From NCBI GenBank assembly GCA_036679645.1, contig JAZDCY010000042.1, forward strand, positions 1-64,000: DNA of 64,000 nt. The letters run 5' to 3'. The notes under the pieces were generated by a model, which searched no databases, was not told the DNA's origin, and was given only the letters and a program-made list of their open reading frames with translations. The position numbers were made by a program, and so were the translations under genes. How positions within the stretch are numbered: position 1 is the first letter of the stretch; every line of letters begins with the position of its first letter. The DNA comes from Gemmatimonadota bacterium. Lineage in GTDB: Bacteria > Gemmatimonadota > Gemmatimonadetes > Gemmatimonadales > GWC2-71-9. Shown in pieces: positions 39,050 through 48,937 of the stretch.

Positions 39050-39996
39050 CCCCGGTGCTCCGACCCAGAGGTCAGGACACCTGCGCCCGCGAGGTCACGC
39101 AGCAAGTTCCGCACTGCCGACATCTCCATGTTCCGTCGGCACGCTCCGGTGTAGGTACCGATGTGCGGTGTGAGGACCACCTGCGGGTATTCCGTCAATC
39201 TCCCCGTGTACGGCTCCTCCCAGAACACGTCGAACCACGCGCCACTCACCTTACCGACATCCAACGCGTCGAAGAGGGCCTCCTCGTCGACGAGTTCGGC
39301 GCGGGCACTGTTCAGCAGAACAACCCCGTGTCGCATCTGGGAAAACTCCTCATCCCCCAGGATCTTCTCCCTCCCCGCGCCGTGCAATGACACGATATCG
39401 GCCCGCCGAAGGCCATCCTCCAGCGTGGCGCGTTCGACTGCGTCGAAGGCCTCCGGGGACAGGAAGGGATCCACCGCGCATACGTGGGCTCCCAGGGCCG
39501 AAAAGAGCCGGGCCACGGCCCTGCCGATACGCCCGTACCCAACGACCAGTACGGTGCTCCCGCGGACCCCGTTTGAAATGGCCTTCTTCCACCGGCCCGC
39601 ATGGAGTTCTGCATTGGCTTCGATAACACCGCGCGTGACCGCCAGTGCTGCTCCGACAGTCAACTCGGCCACCGCATCCGTCGGGCCGTCAGGTGTATTC
39701 GACACGGCAATGCCCAGGGCAGCTGCAGCGTTGCGATCCACGTTGTCTACGCCGATGCCAACGCGGGCAATCGCTCGGAGCCGACGTGCCGAGCGCAATA
39801 CCCTCTCGGTCAAGGGCTCCAACCCGGCAATCAGTCCATCCACGCCGTCAAGATGGGCGATGATCTCGTCTTCGGTGAGTCGGCGTCCATGTGGATTGGG
39901 CACAATCTCCAAGCCGGCTTCACCCAGCACCCGAATTGGCTCACCGTCCTCCACCGCGAACGACGACGGACTCCAAGCGACCCGCACCTTAGACAC
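39046..39996 (-). CDS. D-isomer-specific 2-hydroxyacid (phosphoglycerate-type) dehydrogenase
   Basis: GIGVDNVD, GYGRIG, NSAR, DVFWEEP and TPHIG motifs. Start chosen from a GGAGG SD. Confidence 0.88.
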   Translation of the reverse strand: MSKVRVAWSPSSFAVEDGEPIRVLGEAGLEIVPNPHGRRLTEDEIIAHLDGVDGLIAGLEPLTERVLRSARRLRAIARVGIGVDNVDRNAAAALGIAVSNTPDGPTDAVAELTVGAALAVTRGVIEANAELHAGRWKKAISNGVRGSTVLVVGYGRIGRAVARLFSALGAHVCAVDPFLSPEAFDAVERATLEDGLRRADIVSLHGAGREKILGDEEFSQMRHGVVLLNSARAELVDEEALFDALDVGKVSGAWFDVFWEEPYTGRLTEYPQVVLTPHIGTYTGACRRNMEMSAVRNLLRDLAGAGVLTSGSEHRG

Positions 39997-40087
39997 GGCC
40001 ACCGCCTCCCCCACGATGTCTCGTGGCAGCATCACGGCGTCCCACTCCGCCCACGTGCTCGCCCATCACATTACCAACTCCAGATGC

Positions 40088-41113
40088 CTACGGATTGGCA
40101 GTCCAGTTATCGTCGGCCTCGTAGATCCGAAACACCAGATCCATTGCGGCCATTGCGTCTGCGGACGTCCCATGTACTACGCTCCCCTTCCCAGCCACAG
40201 CATCAATGAACTCCGCCACTTCGAGTTCCCATGACGGGTCCGTATCGAAATACACCGTCTCCTCGCGTGGCATGCCGACCGCCGCGTCGCCGTCGAACCG
40301 GCGATGGGCAACGGTGATCGTCTCGTCACCGTAACTCCTCGTCGAGGAGAGGATACCGTTCACTGACAGGAACCCTTTGGTCGTATACAGCTCGAGCAAG
40401 AACCGGTGTTTCCACTGCGTGGCCGAGGAGTGCAGCATGGCAATACGCTGCTCCGCATCCCGCAGTAGCACGAAGGCGTTGTCCTCCAGGTCCACGTTCC
40501 AGAATGCAGTAGTGACCATGCTCTTGATCTCCACGAAGTCGCCAAGGAACAAGCGTAGCAGATCGAGCATGTGGATCCCTTGATCCAGCAGGATCCCTCC
40601 TCCACTGATCTCTTTCGAGTTGCGCCACTCGTCCTCGAAGCCAGCACCGCCGCCCTTCCCATAGATGCCGCGCGCCCAGAGGATCCGGCCGAGGCGGCCA
40701 CTATCGAGAATACGCTTGGCCTCTTGGATCCCGGCGTGGTAGCGGTGGTTGAAGCCAAACTTCAGCGCGAGCGACGGATTGCGAGCCTCCGCGGCGCAGA
40801 TCCGTGCCACATCGTCCCGATTACGTCCCGGTGGCTTCTCCGCGAACACGTGTTTTCCGGCATCCAAGGCCTCTACCGCGACGTCGGCCGTGTAGCGGTT
40901 TGGCGTGCACACAAAGACTGCATCTACATCCGACGCGTTGACGACCTGCCGATAGTCGTTGTGACAGTGCACCCCTGGGTAGTCTGCATAACGGGCACTG
41001 TTCGGGTCGGCACCGCGGGTGACCACCGAATCAGACCGACCTTTCAGCGCCTGCGCCCGGATTCTCCCCATCTTCCCGAGGCCCACGATACCGACCCGTA
41101 CGCGATCCGTCAT
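40088..41113 (-). CDS. Gfo/Idh/MocA family oxidoreductase
   Basis: GLGKMG, HVFAEKP, GFNHRY and GGGILLDQGIH motifs. Confidence 0.9.
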   Translation of the reverse strand: MTDRVRVGIVGLGKMGRIRAQALKGRSDSVVTRGADPNSARYADYPGVHCHNDYRQVVNASDVDAVFVCTPNRYTADVAVEALDAGKHVFAEKPPGRNRDDVARICAAEARNPSLALKFGFNHRYHAGIQEAKRILDSGRLGRILWARGIYGKGGGAGFEDEWRNSKEISGGGILLDQGIHMLDLLRLFLGDFVEIKSMVTTAFWNVDLEDNAFVLLRDAEQRIAMLHSSATQWKHRFLLELYTTKGFLSVNGILSSTRSYGDETITVAHRRFDGDAAVGMPREETVYFDTDPSWELEVAEFIDAVAGKGSVVHGTSADAMAAMDLVFRIYEADDNWTANP

Positions 41114-41154
41114 TCCGAACCGACCTCCAAGCCGTTCAGCGCTCGCCCGCACAC

Positions 41155-41775
41155 CTAGTGGTGAAGGAATCGGCCACGTCCCATGCTCAGGTACCCGGAA
41201 ACCGCGTGGCAGATGATCGAGAATGCATCCTCCACCGGTCCGTATTCATCTTTCGTGGACTCGATATGCACCACATGCTGAGCGGTCTTCGCCAAGCGTC
41301 CGCCGTCGAATCCGCAGAACCCAACGGTCACACCACCGGACTCGTTCGCGTACTCGACGGCTCGCACGATGTTCTCGCTGTTGCCGCTCACCGACATAGC
41401 AAGGACTGCGTCGCCCGGCTGAAGCGCGCACCTTAACTGGTACCTGAAGATCTCTTCGAAACCCGCATCGTTGGACACGGCTGTCACACTGGCCGCGTTG
41501 TCTGCGAGACAGACCAGCCGATACCCCGACTGGTCCTCCTTGAGCGTGTTCACGCCCATGTCATTCACGAAGTGCGACGCGACCGCAGCGCTACCACCAT
41601 TCCCTATCGTGTAGATCGTACGACCCGCCCTGCCCGCCGCATCCACGATCCCTGCCACCTGCGCGATGGCATCTGCGTTCATTCCAGTCGCCATGCCGGC
41701 CATCACCTTCAGGTACCCGCCCATGTACGACGACGCCGACGATGACGCTCCGAATAGGTCCTTCAACCTATACAT
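41155..41775 (-). CDS. SIS-domain protein, GmhA-like phosphoheptose isomerase
   Basis: GNGGSAAVASH, SND.GF, SVSGNSEN and GFDGG motifs. SD GAGGAG precedes the ATG. Confidence 0.85.
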   Translation of the reverse strand: MYRLKDLFGASSSASSYMGGYLKVMAGMATGMNADAIAQVAGIVDAAGRAGRTIYTIGNGGSAAVASHFVNDMGVNTLKEDQSGYRLVCLADNAASVTAVSNDAGFEEIFRYQLRCALQPGDAVLAMSVSGNSENIVRAVEYANESGGVTVGFCGFDGGRLAKTAQHVVHIESTKDEYGPVEDAFSIICHAVSGYLSMGRGRFLHH

Positions 41776-41804
41776 GTTGCTCCTCAAGTTTCGATGAATG
41801 GGAC

Positions 41805-42845
41805 TCACTGCGAGTCCTTTGGGTCCACCAACCGGTCAGTCTCTCCGCGCGTCTGGCGCGCAGCGATACGCACGTGAGAACTCAGACGGTATTTCTGGAG
41901 GAACTTCTGGAAGTCCTCGCGCGCTTCCGCGTTTCCACCCAGGACCAGGCGGCGTGCGAAGCGTGGAAGCTCCACTTCCGCGTCCTGCTCCGCTGCCTCA
42001 CGCACCAATTCGACATCCAATTGGCCCGGCGTACTGAGCTCGATCAGTTCGAGCTGGTGGCGTTCGAACAAGATCTCCAACCCGCATAGCGAGAAGAGGT
42101 TCAGGTGCTCCGGAACGAAGATGTACGGTGCCGCATCCCATAACACCTGGAGATCGAATCCACTCACGGACCGTGTAGTAAGGAACATCACCCCGTCCTC
42201 GGTCAGCAGAGCACTCAGGTGCGCGAGCCAGGCGCCTGGCGCACCCTGGTGTTCCAACTGCTCGAAAGCAGTGACGGCAGCGGCACTACCAGGCGCCGGC
42301 GCACCGAGCGCGACCCCGTCCCGCTCCAGCAGCGGTCTAAGGCTCTCGGGGGGATCCACTGCGTAGAGCGATCCGAAGTACCCGAGGCGGCGAATCTCGG
42401 CAAACACCTGGGGATAGGCGGTGCCGACGTCGACGTAGTGCCGCCCTTCTGCCTGTTTGCGCGGCAGAAGCGAGCACAGCCAATCCACGCGAGAACTCAC
42501 GACGTGCTCAAGGCGTGCAACCGTCACCTCCTTCCCGAAGTACTCCGCTCGAAGGCGGCTAGCTTCCGATTGCCGGTAGTAGCGCTTGAGGGTATCGGGC
42601 GTGGGTCGCGGTGAGACGTACAGAGACTCGCACCGCCGGCACTCTTGATAGACGAACCCGTGCTTCCGGAAAGCCTCCGACGCGTCAGGGCTCCCGCAGG
42701 CGGGACATGGCACCGTCTCGACGTGCGTCGAACCACCGAAGAACGCCTGGGCATCATCGATCGACTGCGCACGCAGCCTGGCCAGCATGCCCGGCGGGCG
42801 AATCTCGGCCCCAGTCACCCGGTCACCAAGTACGATATGTTTCAC
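41805..42845 (-). CDS. Class I SAM methyltransferase with an N-terminal CxxC...CxxC zinc-binding region
   Basis: CPACG...CRRC..LYVSPRP, VDVG, FEQLEH and PEHLNLFS motifs. Confidence 0.78.
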   Translation of the reverse strand: MKHIVLGDRVTGAEIRPPGMLARLRAQSIDDAQAFFGGSTHVETVPCPACGSPDASEAFRKHGFVYQECRRCESLYVSPRPTPDTLKRYYRQSEASRLRAEYFGKEVTVARLEHVVSSRVDWLCSLLPRKQAEGRHYVDVGTAYPQVFAEIRRLGYFGSLYAVDPPESLRPLLERDGVALGAPAPGSAAAVTAFEQLEHQGAPGAWLAHLSALLTEDGVMFLTTRSVSGFDLQVLWDAAPYIFVPEHLNLFSLCGLEILFERHQLELIELSTPGQLDVELVREAAEQDAEVELPRFARRLVLGGNAEAREDFQKFLQKYRLSSHVRIAARQTRGETDRLVDPKDSQ

Positions 42846-42917
42846 GCGTTTTTCTCTCGAATGGAGGCGACCGCATTCGCGAACCGCGCTGCGGAGAAAT
42901 GAGTCGGTCGGAGTGAC

Positions 42918-42977
42918 CTAGAACGCACCGGTCCGATGAAGGAAGGCGGGGAGCGTGCCAAGGAGGATCTTCGCATC
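42918..42977 (-). pseudogene. Relic 3' end of a second sugar-transferase gene
   Basis: Encodes DAKILLGTLPAFLHRTGAF*, versus [19 protein letters not shown] of the adjacent gene (14/19 aa and 42/60 nt by hand count). Confidence 0.7.
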
Positions 42978-43038
42978 GGACTCCCGCATCTGGCCGCGGC
43001 CACTTAGCAAGAGACACGAGGTGGCGCGAGTCCTTGAT

Positions 43039-44667
43039 CTAGTACGCTCCGGTCCTCCACAGCACAGCGGGGAGTGTTCGCAGGAGGATCTTGAAGTCGA
43101 GCCATAACGACCACTTGTCGATGTACTCGCTGTCCAAACGCACCACCTCTTCAAAGTCAGAGACGGCGCTCCGCCCGCTGATCTGCCAGAGGCCTGTGAT
43201 GCCCGGCTTGGCTCCCAGGCGCGCGAAGTGGTGATCGCTGTAGGTCTCGAGGTCGGACTCGAAGAAGGGCCGAGGACCCACTAGCGACATCTCGCCGCGC
43301 AGCACGCTAACGAGCTGGGGGAGTTCGTCCAGGCTCCACTTTCTTAAGCACGCACCCACCCGCGTCACACGCGGATCATTGGGAATCTTGAAGAGCCGTG
43401 GATCCCCCGTATGGTTGAGGTGAGCCAGGTCCACCTTCAGCAAATCTGCACCATCACGCATCGTACGGAATTTTGTGAGCCGGAAGATCCTCCCGCCCAT
43501 GCCCACCCGCTCCTGCGTGAAAAAGATGCGACCTTTGGAATCAACCTTGATCGCCAAAGCGATCAGCGCGAAGAGCGGAGAAAGCACCGCCAATCCCACG
43601 ACTGCGCACACGAAATCGAACACACGCTTGAACATCAACTGCTGCCCGCGGAGCGACGGCAAGGTGAGCTCCATAAAGGGCAAACGATGATACCATACGA
43701 GCGACGTACGGAGACGTCCGACGCCGGCGTAGCGGGAGGCAGAGAGAAGGCGGCACCCCGCAGCCGCACACGCCTCGACAATCACATCGAACACCTGGCC
43801 GACGACCGGACCACAGAGTACTACGGTGTCAACGTGTACATCCCGGAGAATTCGCCAGAAATCCGCCGGAACGAATCCCTCCCACTCCCCATTCGGGGAG
43901 AAAAACGGAGCGATGTCATCAGCGTGATGCGGTGCGCTCTTCCCGTTGCCTCCGTTCTCGGCCGGCCCTCCCTCGTGCGGCTTAGCGACGGTGACCCACC
44001 CGGCGCAGCTCATGTGCTCGGAATACGACAGACGAGCGGCGGTCCGCACGGACTCCTGGTCGTTGGGATCGCCGACAAACAACACCTTCTCCGCCGGCCG
44101 CACCATGGGAAGCACGCGGGCCGCCACCCGGTCGATGAGCAAGCGCATGAGAATCAGCGCCGCGGTGAGGCCTGCGACTATTCCGACGTACGTGACCCCA
44201 ACCGGTACGTATCCCCGAACCCACAGATCACGCCATAGAACGAGCCCGCCCGCGAGTGCGACGCCCGCGAGGAGCCTTCCCGAGTCGCGCCTGCAGTCAC
44301 CCGGGCGATAGGCACCAGCGATCGTCAGTCCGAGGAGCAACGCCGCAACAAAGGGCCAGCCCGGGAACGATCCCCTGGGTACCGCCCACGCCAGGAAATC
44401 GGACACACGCGACCCAAAAAGCCCCGAGTCGCGCGCCGCGCGAAAGGCCAACCGGGTGCCCGCAAATGCTGCCAAATCTCCGGATGTGAGCACGGCAACG
44501 CGTAACAGTGTGCGAAGGGAGTGGCGTCGCAACGTCGATGGCGCACGGCGCTGCAAGACCATCCGAACGGGCGTGGGGCGCGCACGTCGTGCGTTCGCGG
44601 CTCGTTCCGCCGTGGCTGGACGTATATCGGCAGGCGTTTCGACGTCGAGGGTGTGAGAGTGGCCCAC
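43039..44667 (-). CDS. Priming sugar-1-phosphate transferase (WcaJ/WbaP family)
   Basis: N-terminal TM segments; [34 protein letters not shown] and KPGITGLWQ motifs. Confidence 0.92.
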   Translation of the reverse strand: MGHSHTLDVETPADIRPATAERAANARRARPTPVRMVLQRRAPSTLRRHSLRTLLRVAVLTSGDLAAFAGTRLAFRAARDSGLFGSRVSDFLAWAVPRGSFPGWPFVAALLLGLTIAGAYRPGDCRRDSGRLLAGVALAGGLVLWRDLWVRGYVPVGVTYVGIVAGLTAALILMRLLIDRVAARVLPMVRPAEKVLFVGDPNDQESVRTAARLSYSEHMSCAGWVTVAKPHEGGPAENGGNGKSAPHHADDIAPFFSPNGEWEGFVPADFWRILRDVHVDTVVLCGPVVGQVFDVIVEACAAAGCRLLSASRYAGVGRLRTSLVWYHRLPFMELTLPSLRGQQLMFKRVFDFVCAVVGLAVLSPLFALIALAIKVDSKGRIFFTQERVGMGGRIFRLTKFRTMRDGADLLKVDLAHLNHTGDPRLFKIPNDPRVTRVGACLRKWSLDELPQLVSVLRGEMSLVGPRPFFESDLETYSDHHFARLGAKPGITGLWQISGRSAVSDFEEVVRLDSEYIDKWSLWLDFKILLRTLPAVLWRTGAY

Positions 44668-44734
44668 GGTCGCTCGTGTTGTTCAGACTAGGTGCGAATC
44701 GGCGCCGCGGACGCGGCCCACCTGACGCGACCCA

Positions 44735-44763
44735 ATAATGTCACTAAGGTATAGACAAGTCAA
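44735..44763 (-). promoter_or_regulatory. Putative sigma70 promoter for the sugar-transferase operon
   Basis: Minus strand TTGACT-N17-CATTAT, about 70 bp upstream of GTG 44667. Confidence 0.55.
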
Positions 44764-44904
44764 CGGTTTAGCTCCTCACGGCAAAGGCCCGCATCACGAC
44801 GCTTCAACATGCTCACTCTTCTCGATACAGGCGGTGCGGACGATCACCCCGATCGGGTGACGAAGACGTACGTGCGTGGGAAACGACTGGCCCGCACTAC
44901 GACG

Positions 44905-46248
44905 TCACGACGCCGCGTCTTTCATCCGTTCCCACCACGCAATCCTCTCCCCCACCGTCTTCTCGTAACCAACGTCCGAGGGGTCGTACCATTTGACACC
45001 CGCGAGACTCTCGGGCAGATACGTCTGGCCCACCGCCTTCCCGTCGGGCTCGGAGTGGTCGTAGCGATACGCTTCCCCGTAACCCAGATCTTTCATGAGT
45101 TTCGTCGGCGCGTTGCGAATATGAAGCGGCACCCGCTCGGCGGGGTGCTCGTCCGCCGCCCGGCGCGCCGCGGCCCACGCCGCATAAACCCGGTTCGACT
45201 TGGGCGCGGTCGCCAGGTAGACCGCCGCCTCGGCCAGCGCCAGCTCCCCCTCGGGTGAGCCCAGAAAGTGGTATGCCTCCTTGGCAGCCAACGTGACCGA
45301 GAGGGCCCGCGGGTCGGCCAGACCCACGTCCTCGGTCGCCATCCGGACCAGGCGACGGGCGACGTATAGCGGATCCTCGCCCCCTGCAATCATGCGCGCG
45401 AGCCAGTAGAGCGCCCCCTCGACATCGCTGCCGCGAACGGCCTTGTGGAGCGCGGAAACGACGTTGTAGTGCTCTTCGCCACCCTTGTCATAGCGGGGCA
45501 CCCGCCGAGAGAGGACGGCTTCGACATCTTCAACGGTGAGCGGTAAGCGGTGCGCGGTGAGCGGGGTCTCTGAGTCAGTGCCCGGTCCGCCGTCGCCGGT
45601 CCCCGGCATCTCGAACGCCGTCTCCAAGACGTTGATGGCCCGCCGCGCATCGCCGTCGGCCCAGCGGATCAGCGCGTCCATCGCCTCCTCCTCGATCTCC
45701 CGCTCACAGCTCTCCGCGCACCGCTCACAGATCACCCGCAAATCGTCCGATCCCAGTGGCTCGAGTACGTGTACCTGACAGCGGGACAACAGGGCGCTGG
45801 TCAGTTCGAAGCTGGGGTTCTCGGTGGTGGCGCCGATCAGCGCGATCGTGCCGTTCTCCACCCACGGGAGAAACGCATCCTGCTGCGCTTTGTTAAAGCG
45901 GTGGATCTCATCACAGAAGAGAATCGTCCCGCGTCCCTCGCGGACGAGCCTCGCCTCGGCCTCCTTGATGATCTGCCGCACTCGCGCCACGCCTTCGGTG
46001 ACGGCGCTGAAGGGCTCGAACTGCTTATTCGTGAGTTGGGCGATGATCCACGCGAGGGTCGTCTTGCCCGTGCCCGGCGGGCCCCAGAGAATCACATTCC
46101 CGACATCGCCGCGGAGTATAGCATCGCGGAGGGGCCGGCCCTCGCCAACCAGGTGCGTCTGGCCCGCGAACTCGTCGAGGGTCGAGGGACGGAGCCGGTC
46201 GGCGAGGGGACGGCGGCCGGGACTCTCGAAAAGAGACGACTGAGACAT
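44905..46248 (-). CDS. rarA: Replication-associated recombination protein A (RarA/MgsA)
   Basis: PLADRLRP, GPPGTGKTT, DEIHRFNKAQQD, GATTENPSF and SALHKAVRGSD motifs. Confidence 0.95.
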   Translation of the reverse strand: MSQSSLFESPGRRPLADRLRPSTLDEFAGQTHLVGEGRPLRDAILRGDVGNVILWGPPGTGKTTLAWIIAQLTNKQFEPFSAVTEGVARVRQIIKEAEARLVREGRGTILFCDEIHRFNKAQQDAFLPWVENGTIALIGATTENPSFELTSALLSRCQVHVLEPLGSDDLRVICERCAESCEREIEEEAMDALIRWADGDARRAINVLETAFEMPGTGDGGPGTDSETPLTAHRLPLTVEDVEAVLSRRVPRYDKGGEEHYNVVSALHKAVRGSDVEGALYWLARMIAGGEDPLYVARRLVRMATEDVGLADPRALSVTLAAKEAYHFLGSPEGELALAEAAVYLATAPKSNRVYAAWAAARRAADEHPAERVPLHIRNAPTKLMKDLGYGEAYRYDHSEPDGKAVGQTYLPESLAGVKWYDPSDVGYEKTVGERIAWWERMKDAAS

Positions 46249-46354
46249 CCCGCCATTATAGCGCTGCGGCGACCTAGATGTCCTGTTGAAGGAATCTGGC
46301 GTGATGCGCTGGATTGATGACGCCATGACTGACAGCCCGCACTATATTCTCCGA

Positions 46355-46900
46355 ATGACTCCTCCCGCACACATGAGCGCCGACGAACTGCTGCAACTCG
46401 ATCTGGTCGGGAAGCGGACGGAGCTCGTACGTGGTAGGCTCGTTGTGCAAGAACCGGCGGGGTTCGGGCACGGCGCCGTGGCGTCAAACCTGGCGCGCGA
46501 GATCGCATGCTTCGTCCGCGAACGGGATCTGGGTCAGGTGCTGGCGGCGGAGACCGGGTTCAAGCTCGCGTCGGCCCCTGATACCGTGCGAGCGCCGGAC
46601 GTCTCTTTCGTCAGTCGTTCGCGTGTCCCTTACCCTGCACCTGCCGGTTATGCCAGTCTCGCACCCGATCTGGTGGTGGAAGTGCTGTCCCCAAGCGATC
46701 GCCCCGGTAAGGTCCTCGAAAAAGTTGGCGACTGGTTGACCGCCGGGACTCGGCTCGTGTGGGTCGTGGATCCGATGCGCCGGCAGGTGCGGGTCTATCG
46801 GGCCGACGGCGGTGAGACTCTTGTCGAGAGCGATGGGGTGTTGGATGGGGAGGACGTTCTGGTGGGGTTTCGGTGCGGGTTGGGGAGCGTGATGGGCTAA
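46355..46900 (+). CDS. Uma2 family endonuclease-like protein
   Basis: ELVRG, RAPDVSFV, PDLVVEVLSPSD and VWVVDP motifs. Confidence 0.9.
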   Translation: MTPPAHMSADELLQLDLVGKRTELVRGRLVVQEPAGFGHGAVASNLAREIACFVRERDLGQVLAAETGFKLASAPDTVRAPDVSFVSRSRVPYPAPAGYASLAPDLVVEVLSPSDRPGKVLEKVGDWLTAGTRLVWVVDPMRRQVRVYRADGGETLVESDGVLDGEDVLVGFRCGLGSVMG

Positions 46901-46902
46901 AG

Positions 46903-47019
46903 AACTTCGAACGTCGAACGTCGAACGTCGAACGTTCTGAGTTCGAAGTTCAGCGTTCAGCGTAAGCGTCAGCGTCAGCGTTCTGAGTTCGAAGTTGAGC
47001 GTTCGAAGTTCAGAGTTCG
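46903..47019. repeat. Heptamer/hexamer tandem repeats (TCGAACG, GTTCGAA/GTTCAGC, GCGTCA) between convergent genes
   Basis: Read directly. The two halves are partly complementary. Confidence 0.8.
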
Positions 47020-47742
47020 CTACCCCACCCCAGCCGTCTCCAGCAACAAGCGACCGGCGTAATACGCGCCGACTCCCAGAAAGAACGCCAACGGTAGTCG
47101 AAGACCCGGCTTGTGCTGGAACTCGGGCACGAGGTTCGAGGCCGCAACGTAGAACGTCACGCCTGCCGATAGGGCGAGGCCGTGCGCGGCCAGGAAGCCC
47201 AGCGCATCCGTCAGCAGAACACCTACGACAGTGGCGGCACCGAGGAGTGCAGCGCTGCCGATGGCCCGGCCAGGCAACATGCCGCCGGCAATCTGGAGGC
47301 TCGTGATCGTGACTCCCTCGGGAAGCTTGTGGAGCATGATTGCCGTGAAGAGCAAAAGCCCAAGCGCATCCGACACGGCGAACCCGCTCGCGATGGCCAC
47401 TCCGTCGAAGAACGTGTGCAGCAGCAGACCCACCAAGGCAGACGTACCTGCCACCTGGGAGACCTCGTGGGTCTCTTCGCCAAAATGGAAGTGGGGAGTG
47501 ACGGTGTGCTGGGTGAGGTGCACGAGCATGTAGCCCAGCAGCACGAAGCCCATGGCCCCTGCCCCACCCAGCTCGATAGCGTGGGGGACCATGTCGACCA
47601 GCGCTACCGCCAGCATGAACCCGGCGCCGAACGCCACCATCCCGGAGATGAACCGGAGCCCCCAGCGCGCCCCTCGCGCCGCAACCACACCACCCAGCAC
47701 GTTCCCGCCGGCCGCGAGCAGCGCGTACCAGAGGGCGGTCAA
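47020..47742 (-). CDS. ZIP family metal transporter
   Basis: FGAGFMLA, HFHFGEETH, LHTFFDG and LHKLPEG motifs. Confidence 0.9.
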   Translation of the reverse strand: MTALWYALLAAGGNVLGGVVAARGARWGLRFISGMVAFGAGFMLAVALVDMVPHAIELGGAGAMGFVLLGYMLVHLTQHTVTPHFHFGEETHEVSQVAGTSALVGLLLHTFFDGVAIASGFAVSDALGLLLFTAIMLHKLPEGVTITSLQIAGGMLPGRAIGSAALLGAATVVGVLLTDALGFLAAHGLALSAGVTFYVAASNLVPEFQHKPGLRLPLAFFLGVGAYYAGRLLLETAGVG

Positions 47743-48868
47743 CTGTGGTCTCCCTGCAACAGGTCGCGCACTCGGGCGAGAAGCCGTTCCCGCTCGTTGG
47801 CGGCAGGGTCGTCGAGCACCTCGTGCATCAACGTCCTGAGCGTGCGGCCCACCTCCGGTCCCTCCTCCACGCCGGCTCGCATGATGTCGCTGCCGCTGAT
47901 GGCGAGATCTCCCAGCGTGAGGGGAGCCCCGGACGCGCGAACGCGGCTCACCGCGCCGGACAAGCCAAGCCCCTCACCGGCAACATCCGCGATCACCAAA
48001 AGATCATCCGCGGCCGACCCCACCGCCGCCAGCCAGTGCCGCACCGCCGGGTCGTTCAGTTCTGGGAGAGAGGCACGCCCTGCGGCGATCGCGCGCCCGC
48101 GCTCGATCTCGGCGTTCGAGCATCGCAGTCGCGTCAGGGTCGCCGGTGCGTTGGCGGACAGGTAGCTGGTGATCAGCACGACCGCGCGAGAGCACCGACA
48201 TCCCGCCAGAGCGTCACGAACCGTGACGGTCGTTGGGCGACCTCAAGTCCCTTGAACCATTCATCCCGCACCCGTTCCGCCGAGAGCCGGTCGAGTCCTT
48301 CCGCGGCAGCGACGGCGGCGTCCCAGGTGGCGGGCTCGATGGCGAACCCGAACCGTGCGGCAAACCGCAGGGCGCGCACGATCCTGAGGTAATCCTCCGT
48401 GAACCGCGCGGCGGGATCGCCAACCGCCCGCACGAGCTTGGCCTCGAGGTCCCCCGCCCCGCCAAAGGGATCGCGCCATTCGTGTCGCAACGGATGGTAG
48501 GCGATTGCATTGATCGTGAAATCACGGCGGGCCAGGTCCTGGTCCAGCGAGACACCGAACTCGACCACCGCATGACGGCCGTCGGTCTTCACATCTTCAC
48601 GAAAGGTGGTCACCTCATGCGGCACACCATGTTTGTCCAGCACCGCGACGGTCCCGTGCTCGACCCCAATGGGCACGGTGCGGCGAAAGAGTCGCTGTAT
48701 CTCGTCCGGCTGCGCGGCAGTCGCGAGATCGAAATCGGAGTTGGGGAAATCGAGCAGTGTGTCGCGAATGGCACCGCCGACACACCAGGTCTCGAAGCCC
48801 GCATCCTCTAGTGTCCGCGCAATGTCGAGGACTTCATTGGGGATGGGGATCGTCTTGGGAAAGGTCAC
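47739..48868 (-). CDS. cca: CCA tRNA nucleotidyltransferase (frameshift/deletion near 48180)
   Basis: VGGAIRD, DFDLAT, DLARRDFTINA and EDYLR..RALRFAAR motifs. The C-terminal LAISGSD..GPEVG segment is in the second ORF, 47739-48179. Confidence 0.85.
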
Positions 48869-48937
48869 TGGGATACGCCGCACGGTATGTCAGCCACAGA
48901 GAACCGATCCCCCGTTTACGTTCAGAATCTCGCCCGT

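Noticed and set aside
46355..46900. Uma2 gene as a mobile element or defence system
   Set aside because: Solitary gene with no terminal repeats, methylase or partner. Uma2 paralogues are commonly scattered in genomes.
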